Shown here in pieces: positions 1 to 9,264 of a stretch of DNA of 64,000 bases. Both the position numbers and the translations under genes were made by a program. This DNA comes from Leptogorgia sarmentosa (Eukaryota): the NCBI GenBank assembly GCA_964658305.1, contig OZ210885.1:22568001-22632000 (forward strand), written 5' to 3'. Below the pieces are notes generated by a model. That model worked only from the letters and a program-made list of their open reading frames with translations, had not been told where the DNA came from and made no database searches. Each line of letters opens with the position of its first letter. The first letter of the stretch is position 1.

Positions 1-1
1 C

Positions 2-697
2 CTGGAAAAGAACTTCAAACGTCGCCTGACGGTTGAACAGGTAAATGAAATTATAGGGGAAAACTCCCTACCTGAATCGGATGCTTGTATTGCACCTTAC
101 CTCGATAAACAAATCTTGAACTATGTTCCACACAACCGCCGCAAGGCCGTTGAAAACCGCGACAAAGACTTAAATCTCATTCAACGCGCTTTATTGAACT
201 CGGCCGCGCCTCTTTGTTGTTTACACGACCGCCTTGAGCGGAAGGACCACGTAACAAATAAGGAAGTGTTGACTACTGTACAACAATCGTTATGTTTATT
301 GGGTTCAGCCAACTATATCACTACCATAACTAGACGAAAGAAGGTTTTGGGCGCTGTTAACCCAGACAAAATTCAGCTCGCGGATAACGAATTTCTGAAT
401 TCGGGCAAAATGCTCTTTGGGGATGACTTACCCCCTCTGGCTGCTAAACACTCGGAACTTGCACGTAGTCTATCGAAAAATCTGCAAAAACAACAATATA
501 ACCCCCAACCACCTCGGCAGAACCCAAGGCAGGTGTCACAGGCAACTCACAGATATAGCTACCCCCAAACTCAGACCAAACGCCCCTTTCGTGGCGCTGC
601 TGGGCAACACCAAAGAGGCTCCATGCAGGAGCAAGGCAAACACTCGAATTTTCGAAGCCAGCGGGCCCAGCAGAACAACAGCTGGTCCCGCCAATAA
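2..697 (+). CDS. DIRS gag-like ORF (open from the window edge)
   Basis: ORF 116..697 frame; 'LCLLGSAN...RRKKVL...LFGDDL' and a Q/R-rich tail, as in DIRS ORF1; lies directly upstream of pol. Confidence 0.75.
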   Translation: MEKNFKRRLTVEQVNEIIGENSLPESDACIAPYLDKQILNYVPHNRRKAVENRDKDLNLIQRALLNSAAPLCCLHDRLERKDHVTNKEVLTTVQQSLCLLGSANYITTITRRKKVLGAVNPDKIQLADNEFLNSGKMLFGDDLPPLAAKHSELARSLSKNLQKQQYNPQPPRQNPRQVSQATHRYSYPQTQTKRPFRGAAGQHQRGSMQEQGKHSNFRSQRAQQNNSWSRQ

Positions 698-858
698 ATC
701 AACCTGCAGCCAGGCTGCCGCTTTTTCTGTCTCGATGGCAAACAATTACAAACGATCCGCTTATAATCAACGTAGTACGCGGCTATCGAATAGACTTTCA
801 CACCACACCTTGGCAAAGACACATTCCAACTACGCTGGCAGTAGGCAAACACATAATC

Positions 859-2667
859 TTGATGCAACAAGAAATCACAAAACTTATAAACAAGGGGGCT
901 ATATCCCCCGTACAATTCAGTCCAGGGGGCTTCTACAGCCGCCTATTCCTGGTCCCAAAAAAAGGCGGATCTGTTCGCCCTGTAATCGACTTAAGTCAGC
1001 TCAACAAATTCATAACGAACGAACACTTCCAAATGGAAAACCTAACGTGCATAAAGCACCTGCTATGCCCAAACGACTACATGGTCAAACTAGACCTGAA
1101 AGACGCCTATCTAACGGTGGGGATCCACCCACAGTCGCAACAGTTTCTTCGATTTATTTGGCAGGGGCAAACCTACCAGTTTCGATGCCTGCCTTTCGGG
1201 CTAAACACGGCCCCCCGCATATTTACAAAACTACTGAAACCCGTGGTGGCATACCTGCGCACGCGCAACATGAGACTTATCATCTATCTAGACGACATAC
1301 TAATCATAGGGTCTTCAGTGGACACCCTACATCGTCACACAGCAATTGTACTGGAACTTTTACAGAACCTGGGATTTATAATAAACTTCGAGAAGTCAAA
1401 TCTCACGCCCTGTCTAGTACTAGAGTTCCTAGGCTTCGTGATAAACTCGACAACACTGAAATTCTACCTACCTTCCGAGAAGGTTACCAAAGGTCTAAAT
1501 CTCTGCCGATCGCTCCTGAAGGAGAGCCCAACGTCACTCCATCTCCTATCCCAACTTCTAGGTTTCCTGGAATCTTGTCGCCCGGCAGTTTGGATTGCGC
1601 CACTCCATTTCAGACACATACAGAACTGCCTCATACACCAAGTAGCGTTGAACAATGGGAGCTATCAGGGCACAGTCCACCTCGATCCCCAAGCACGGGG
1701 GGAACTCCAATGGTGGATCGCCAACATAAAACAGGTGAATGGGAGTGCGATACACCGCCCAGTGACCGAGATGACGATAACCTCGGACGCCTCAAAAATG
1801 AAATGGGGTGCCACATTCGGAAAACTGTCGACCAATGGGCGTTGGTCACATCAGGAAAGTCTCCTCCACATCAATGTCTTGGAACTGAAAGCCATTTTCT
1901 TGGCCGTACAGACATTCCTGAAGCACCACTCGAACGTGTCGGTCAAACTTCGCCTCGACAACACAACAGCGGTGTCTTATATAAACAACCAAGGAGGAAC
2001 CCGCTCACCCAGTCTTGTCTCATTAACACTCAATCTATGGAAATGGTGTCTTCAACGCAACATCTTGATTTCGGCGGCATACCTGCCAGGAATCTTGAAT
2101 GTTCAGGCAGACAAAGAGTCTCGAACCTTTGTGGATTCGAGCGATTGGAGATTACAACCACAAATAATCCAACCTTTTCTCAAGGACATAGAAATAGATC
2201 TCTTTGCGTCAAGGCTGACGCACCAGCTAGAACGTTATGTAAGCTGGCGCCCAGATCCATATGCTGTAGCTACGGACGCACTTTCACTGGATTGGAGCCA
2301 GCTGAAGGGATACGCTTTCCCACCATTCAACCTCATTCCCAGGACATTAATGAAGGTGATGCACGACAAGGCGAGCCTACTGCTAGTAGCGCCAGTGTGG
2401 CAAGCTCAGCATTGGTGGCCACTCTTACTACGGCTCGCAGTCAAGCAACCAGTACTGCTACGTGCATCTCAAGCCCTCCTAGAAGACCCATCGAACCCGA
2501 ACGCAATTCACCCAATGTACCCGCGACTGCAACTAGCCGTTTGGACCATTTCCAGCAGCTCTGTACAGCAGAAATCCTTTCGGGCACAGCTACCCGCCTT
2601 TTGTCCATGGCAAGCCCGTGGGTCAACACGCCCTTGTCACTCGTCTAATGAAAGGAATTGCAAATGA
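859..2667 (+). CDS. DIRS pol: reverse transcriptase + RNase H + adenine-methyltransferase-like domain
   Basis: RT motifs KLDLKDAY, LPFGL, YLDD, FLG; RNase H motifs SDAS, HINVLELKA, DNTTAV, NVQADKESR; MT-like motifs IDLFAS...YAFPPF. The true start may lie slightly upstream. Confidence 0.95.
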   Translation: MMQQEITKLINKGAISPVQFSPGGFYSRLFLVPKKGGSVRPVIDLSQLNKFITNEHFQMENLTCIKHLLCPNDYMVKLDLKDAYLTVGIHPQSQQFLRFIWQGQTYQFRCLPFGLNTAPRIFTKLLKPVVAYLRTRNMRLIIYLDDILIIGSSVDTLHRHTAIVLELLQNLGFIINFEKSNLTPCLVLEFLGFVINSTTLKFYLPSEKVTKGLNLCRSLLKESPTSLHLLSQLLGFLESCRPAVWIAPLHFRHIQNCLIHQVALNNGSYQGTVHLDPQARGELQWWIANIKQVNGSAIHRPVTEMTITSDASKMKWGATFGKLSTNGRWSHQESLLHINVLELKAIFLAVQTFLKHHSNVSVKLRLDNTTAVSYINNQGGTRSPSLVSLTLNLWKWCLQRNILISAAYLPGILNVQADKESRTFVDSSDWRLQPQIIQPFLKDIEIDLFASRLTHQLERYVSWRPDPYAVATDALSLDWSQLKGYAFPPFNLIPRTLMKVMHDKASLLLVAPVWQAQHWWPLLLRLAVKQPVLLRASQALLEDPSNPNAIHPMYPRLQLAVWTISSSSVQQKSFRAQLPAFCPWQARGSTRPCHSSNERNCK

Positions 2668-3307
2668 AAGACCCCCCATGCCCAGGTATACTACAACCTG
2701 GGATGTCGCTAAGGTCACTACGTACCTCACAACACTGGGAGAAAACAAAACTCTGTCTCTTAAACTCCTGACAAAGAAACTATTGATGTTATTGGCTTTG
2801 GTATCACCTGAACGCTCATCAGTCCTTTGGGAACTAGACATCAGACAGTTGAGAGCGCAACCAGACGGTATGATCTTCACTCTAATCAAACCACGAAAAT
2901 CGGGCGATCCCATGTCTCCAGCTACAGCGACGTTTCCTCGCTTCCTTCAGGATGTGACGCTTTGCCCATGTGACTGTCTGGAGACCTATTTGAAGGCTAC
3001 TGAGAACTTTCGTTCAACCGAAGAGAGCAGCAGACTTTTTCTATCCTTTCAACGACCACACCGCCCTGTGGCGAAGGCAACTATCACCAGATGGATGTGC
3101 GATGTACTATATGCTGCGGGAATAGATTCTACTATATTCAAAGCACACTCAACGCGAGCGGCCTCGACATCTGCTGCAGCTAAAAAACATTTACCGTTAG
3201 ATGACATCATTAAGATGGGAGACTGGACATCACCCTCAACCTTTCAACGTTTTTACTATAAACCTACTATCGATGACGCTTATGCGAGAACAATCCTTAC
3301 ACAGTAG
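2560..3307 (+). pseudogene. DIRS tyrosine recombinase with an internal N-terminal deletion and frameshift at ~2610
   Basis: Catalytic pattern R (SPERSS), K (KPRK), HSTR, W (MGDW), Y (TFQRFYYK) in ORF 2618..3307; the N-terminal 'EILSGTATRLLSMA' is in another frame (end of ORF 417..2648). Confidence 0.85.
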
Positions 3308-3690
3308 TAATAGCTCGCCTGCATGCTCTAGGATACGGAGGTATTATTGGTGCAGGGTGGTCAGGTGACCGGATGATTTTCTTTTTTGTATTTCCGGTTT
3401 CTAAAGCGTTTAATCGTGAGCATGAGCCAAGGAATACCATTTGTTTTCCCATATATTTCTCCCTACGTTTGCTCGTATAATCATAATTACACTAACAGGC
3501 CCGTTAGGCCTTTGTGTAATTTAAATTACTGTTTAATTAACAAATATTTCAAATATTAACATCAATAAACTTAATAAACATGTGAATATATTTTTCATGT
3601 TTAACCAAAACTGAAAGAATTCGAAATGACCAAATCCATTTCTAATGTGAAAAGTCACCAGTTAATTGAAACAGTCTATTGACCATATTA

Positions 3691-6600
3691 TCATGCTTGA
3701 CCTAAACTGGGGGAATTTAAAATGGAAAAATCCATTTTTCCCTTGAACACTTCGTATTCTTCGTAGACTGTTGGCAGGTGTAAGGTAGTTGAGCATGTAT
3801 TTGCTGTTGGAAAATTTCCATCTGTGAACTCTATAGTGGGTGTTGAGTCAAAGCCCAAAGGTGGAGGCACACTCGCTCTGGTGATAAAGACAAGCACATC
3901 TTCAAGATTGGCTGATGCTTCATCAACTAGAAATAAATACAAGTCTTAGTTGAGATGAAATGTACATGAATAATATACGAGGAGAGTGTTAAGAACTAGA
4001 AGGAAAGATATAAGAAAATATTTCTGGAGAGTAAGATATGAGAAATAATACGAGATAATCAAACATGATATGTAATTTTCATCAAGTCAATTTGCTCTGC
4101 TTCTGGGCAAACGACAAGTTATACCATGGCATTATAAAACCATTGAATTATCACATAGGATGAACTTACGTTGGCAGTCTTGTAGATAGTCTCTCCAATA
4201 CACGATCGCACGTTCTTGCGAAGCTCTTTTATTTGATCCATGATCCGCGTAATTGATCCTAAAGAGTAAGTCGACAGATTGAGCATCAAGGGGTTTGATC
4301 TTTTCACTAGTAAACATTTCACGAAACTGTTCAGGGTACTGAATGATGCTATCAAGTATGCCAAGGGTCTGAAGGCCATCTTTGAGCTCTTCGATTAATG
4401 ATCGGGGTGCATCAATAAGAATGTGTTTAGTGATAATCTTCAATATCCGTTCCTTTTCTTCAACACGACTAGCATAGCTGGCATGTCCCTGTGCTTCTAA
4501 TATGGCTTGGATATTAGGATCATTCAATTTTTCTAGTAGCATTTCAATTGTCGAGGAAGCAGCAATCTAAATCATTATAAAATATTTGCTCAGGGAAGGA
4601 TATAAAAATATTCATAACGTTAAGAAAAACTATACTTTCCAATCCATAATTTTTTCCAAGAATTAAGATATGATAACTTACTTGTTCTACTTTGTACCTC
4701 ACAGCCGGATCTGGAATGTCGGCAATCTGTGGTTCTAATGTATATCCATAAGCTATAGCGTTGTACAGCGATGGGCAAAAGAAGTTACCAGCGGGTCCTT
4801 CATGGGCAATAGACCAAGCAATCAACACCCCAGCAGTGCGGTAATGATCATTCCTTCGCTCTGAAAATATAATTTAAAGTATTATTTTTATTTAAATCAA
4901 TGCATATGCGTGACAATTGAAATTCTTGAGCGTTTTTATAGCATCTGTTTGGTCAATGCCATAATGTTAACGGTTGGATTGAGTTTCCTGGTGATAGAAT
5001 GATATTAAATCATTCATTTAACACATTTTTGGAGATACCAGTTGACTCATCAAACACCATGATGCTACACAGCATGACATGTGTTAAATAGAATTGCCCA
5101 TTAAACACCACTACTGCACCAGCTACTGCACATGTAAAATTTAATTGCTCTTAATGTTTTAAAGAATCAATCATTTTATAACACATAAGTGGGGTCAAGA
5201 GTCTGAGTCCAGTCAGTATGATTTTGTCTTGAATTGCATTTTTCAATACATTTTCCTCAACACAACACAAGTGCACACAAACGGTATAACACATGAACAT
5301 TAGAAGACGTTATACGATTTGTGTCAAACTAACATCATCCTAGTATTTTGTATGACCTCCTTTTGCCTTTAAAACAGCTTTAACTCTATTTGGCATGGAG
5401 TGAACAAGTTTCCTTAGAACTGCTGGCATAATGTTATTCCAACATTGATTTAGGACATCCCACAACTTGTCTTTACTCGTGGAATTATATTTTACTTTCG
5501 CTCGCTTTAAGTGATCCCATAAATTCTCAATCGGATTTAGGTCTGGAGATTGAGGAGGGAAATCCATAACTTTCAAAACTCTTTTTTCCTCTTTTCTCTT
5601 CAAGTAGTTCTTGCAGAGATGAGACGTGTGTTTTGGATCATTATCTTGCAGCAACACAAAACCCTTGCCGCACAACTTTAATCCAGATGGTATGGCATGT
5701 CTTTGTAAGATTGAATGATATTGTTTCCATATTGTTCGTAATTTTATAGAGATCGCCAACACCTTTGTAACTGAAGCATCCCCAAACTTGAATGTTCCCA
5801 CCACCATGTTTCACCGTCGGTTTGATGCAAGAACTGAGAAATTTCTCATTCTTGCGACGCCTAACGTAAATCCGCCGCTTATTTCCATATAGTTCGAATT
5901 TGGATTCATCGGTAAAAAGAACATTCTCCCAATCCTTTTTTGTGTAGCCTTTGAATTTTCGAGCCCATAACAATCGTTTTCTTTTATTTTGAGCTCTCAG
6001 CAATGGTTTTATTTATTACTATGATAACTTAAATATCACAAACATCACTAGAGAAAATGTGGGAGGCATTGGCAGCATATAATGCGCATGTTGAGATAAT
6101 CATATGTAATTTCCCAACTTATAAGATACTATTTATCGTAAATGCAGAACAAATATCGAATGGACTCAGACTCATGACTCCCACTGTATATACCTGTATA
6201 GTTTGGGAAGAGTGTTCGGCATTGTGCTGGTCCAACAAAGATCCCAAAATTTTCATTCACTGATTTTACTAACAGACGAAGATATTCCCACCTGCATCAA
6301 CTGCCCCTTCACTATAACCATCATCGTCAGCAAAACGGACTGATAGTCTTGCTCGCGGGTTGAACTTTTTCTTTCCAATGAGTCTACAGGAATCCTCCAA
6401 AATTGCACTTCTGCGAACATTTACTAGTGATATTCCACAATTATCCGCACACTCCAGCATATTATCTTTGATGTTCTGTAATACTTGTACCAGTGGTATT
6501 ACACTGGAAGTCCTAAAGAGCATATGATCATACAAGATGATGACACAAGGTGTAAAGTACAAATGGATTTTGATCATTGTTGTAATTATATTGCTTTAAC

Positions 6601-8522
6601 CAAAATGATAAAACAGAATAAAATGTTAGTGTAACACTGAAACACTTTTAAATATAATATATCATTCCCCCACATTACTTCTATCGAGATCTTACTCTTC
6701 ATTAGTTGAGAACCCATCTGCACCAATATTGGTGTCTTTTTCATCATCAGACAAAATTGCATCTTCTTCCACCAGAGATATATATGAGCTAAAATAAATT
6801 AAAACAGACACAAAAAAATGAGTTCTATATAAGAAAATTATAGTAAAATATTAAAAATTAAATTTAATATTCAAATATTAAATTTAATATCCATGAATAT
6901 TAACACAACAAAATAACACATCTGAAGGCTTATAACAGCAACAAGAAAGCCTTGTGGATTCGGTTTCTTGACTGACCATATTATGTATGTCAATAAGGTA
7001 CATTTCTATGCACCATGCAGACATCTGAGTTTGATTTGATCATGAGAATTAATAAACAATATTTTCTATCAACACCATTCATTGTTAGATATATTAGTGA
7101 TGGTACTTATTTTGTTAATTAAATAAAACATATTATTATTTAATAATTTACCTGAAAGACCCTGATGCATAACTACTGCTACTGCTGAGACTCTGGCTAC
7201 CACTGCTACATGTAGATAAATAACCATTCTGTAGTGAGCTTACAGGTCGTGAGCTAGACGGTTCAGAAAAAGTGTATGCTGAGATATCCTATACAAATTA
7301 GGAACATCACTGTTTACAATTAACCTGATCAAATATGTGAACAGTACTCTACAAACATACTAACTATAACTAACACTAAATGTATGGGCCAAATATTGAA
7401 TACCACATCATGACAAGGCTGTACCAAATATTTTTCTACCAGTCAGTTACCCTAATGGACTGGTCAAAAAGTTATGACCCTCCCACTCTCTCCACATAGG
7501 GTACAGTATATATATGTTACTAAAAACGTAAACTCCTTTACTTAACAAATTGGGGGAGAGCACATATAATATTTTGACTTTATAAACATAAAAGGAATAG
7601 CTCTGTTGTGTTTTATATGTACTTGATCCCAAAGAAATCACAATCAAAATGCATACCCTATCACTCAAGATTTCAAAACAGTGAAACGTTTCTTATCCCT
7701 GAAGAATTCCAGGCAAAAATTAACCTCCCACTCCAGGCTCCTTCATAGCAGGGGGTTCAGATATTAAATGGAATGTCATGAACTTTCAATATAAAACGCT
7801 ATAAACAAATAACGTTATTTAATATAATTCAATTTTGTCAGGACAGATACCTTTGATGTGTTACTTCTGGTAATTGCAGCAGAAGTACTAGGTTCCTCTG
7901 TACCAATAGAGTGAATTACAGACTCGCTGCCAAAATCACATTCGTCACTTTCACTTCCATTATCATTGTCCAAAAGATGTCTCTGTACAAGGTACAATGT
8001 TATACGGTTAAAGCTTTTGCCAATGTCTTCTTTGTATTTGTCCAGCTGAAATATTTGAGTTGGTTGTCCAGGTAACGTTAGAGCTTCAGTGCCATCAGGA
8101 GAGGCCAAAGTGTAGTCTTCGTTTGGATCAAAATTTCGGTCATGTGCAGAATGCTTGTCCACGGCTTTACTCAACAATGGTACTTTACGAATATCTGAAA
8201 GGACACGAACCATCATTGCCTTTCCTTTAATTGATTTGAGAACTCCATTGACTAACTTCATCAATCCAACATTTATCATGACCTCCGTGCTACTAACTGC
8301 TTTATTCTTCTTCACTTTTTTGTTTGTATTTATTTGTTCTTGTCGCTGAGAAGACAATCGCTTACGAAATTGATCGAAAGTTTGTACTTTCTTCTCGATA
8401 TTCTTCTCACTCGATTTCTCAGTTTCCTTTTGGATTAGTTCTTCAACTTTCACCTGTTTTCCACAATTGTGGCAGAAATTAAATTCTTGTAAATTGACTA
8501 CCCCACATCTAATACATTTCAT
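3691..8522 (-). CDS. Multi-exon HECT-domain E3 ubiquitin ligase-like gene (G2E3-like) with N-terminal zinc ribbon; intactness uncertain
   Basis: Approximate exons 8522-7851 (CxxC...CxxC), 7288-7152, ~6788-6696, ~6512-6292 (VRFADD..EGAVDAGG), ~4860-4682 (LIAWSIAHEGPAGNFF), ~4560-4170, ~3929-3691 (FPTANTCSTTLHLP, HECT catalytic Cys motif); GT-AG boundaries seen. Confidence 0.8.
5188..6186 (-). mobile_element. Tc1/mariner element, internally deleted, inside a HECT gene intron
   Basis: Imperfect TIRs (agtggggtcaagagtctgagtcca / tggactcagactcatgactcccactg) flanked by TA. Confidence 0.9.
5340..6003 (-). pseudogene. Tc1 DD34E transposase, frameshifted and lacking the N-terminal HTH
   Basis: VLFTDESKF, TVKHGGG, QDNDPKH and SPDLNPIENLW split over ORFs 5641..6003 and 5340..5807. 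Confidence 0.93.
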
Positions 8523-8787
8523 GTTGAAAACAAAAAGTCTGCTCGAGGAGAACTCTAATTTTGGCGGGAAACAAGATTACACGCTTTCTATATCTATGGC
8601 CCGGAATTGCATACTGGAAGTACTTCATGTAACATATATTTCGTGTTTCTCCCAGATATGGACAAAGGGTATAGATATGGTATAGATAAATCAGTAGGAC
8701 ATACATTAAAAAGCGCCGGAAAATTTTCTCCAACTGTAATAAAAGCATTAGTTGGCAGGGTCCCCAGAGCATTTCTGGGGCCGTGCT

Positions 8788-8862
8788 CAAAATTGTATTG
8801 TAGTTGTAATTTAACGAGAAATAACGCCGAATTATAGTTTCTTCTTGCTCAGCATCCGCCAT
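8788..8862 (-). pseudogene. ~25-codon N-terminal stub of an IS3EU-like integrase
   Basis: MADAEQEETIIRRYFSLNYNYNTIL resembles the N-terminus of the remnant at 48535-48860 (ETQALKYYFKQGYE); the rest of the gene is absent. Confidence 0.45.
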
Positions 8863-8939
8863 TAAGCGTTAAATAATTTGGCGGGATTTTTGTGTATCTA
8901 TGTTAAAACTGGTCAACGGTTCGATTCATTAATTAACAT

Positions 8940-9131
8940 ATTTGTGTGTTGTGTTTTGGTTTCGTGTGCTGTGTTTTGGTTTCGTGTGTTGTGTTATGGT
9001 TTTGTGTATTGTGTTTTGGTTTTGTGTATTGTTTTTTGCTTTTGTGTGTTGTGTTTGCACTTATGGGCCATTGGTAGTGTGTGTTGTGTTTCCGCTGTGT
9101 GTGTTGTGTTTTGCACTTATGGGCCACCGTA
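8940..9131. repeat. TG-rich subterminal repeats with duplicated TTGCACTTATGGGCCA
   Basis: Repeated gtgttgtgttttggttt units; ttgcacttatgggcca at ~9055 and ~9111. Confidence 0.85.
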
Positions 9132-9264
9132 GAAAAGAATCCAACAACCAAGAAAAACACTAACATAGACCGACACAACATCAAACAAACCCTTACAGAC
9201 GACATATGCAGAACTTCCATTTCCGAACTTGGTAATTTCCTTATTTTATTTTTTTGACTGGAAT

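Larger units (their letters stand above)
1..3530 (+). mobile_element. DIRS-type tyrosine-recombinase retrotransposon (5' end outside window; 3' boundary approximate)
   Basis: Overlapping gag-like, RT-RNaseH-methyltransferase and YR ORFs; more GC-rich than the flanks; short hairpin at ~3484-3525 before the return to AT-rich sequence. Confidence 0.93.
3531..9131 (-). mobile_element. Probable IS3EU-type DNA transposon; one terminus at 9131, the other not in the window
   Basis: Minus-strand terminus TACGGTGGCCCATAAGTGCAAAACAC with CACAA-rich subterminal repeats (8940-9131), then a stub of an integrase-like N-terminus, then the HECT gene. Confidence 0.55.

Noticed and set aside
859..3307. Bacterial retron, or phage integrase plus Dam methylase (contamination or horizontal transfer)
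   Set aside because: The gag / RT-RNaseH-MT / YR overlap is the standard DIRS layout, and it is embedded in intron-containing DNA.
8878..9220. Cys/Val-rich and Thr/His-rich ORFs
   Set aside because: Artefacts of the TG-rich subterminal repeats.
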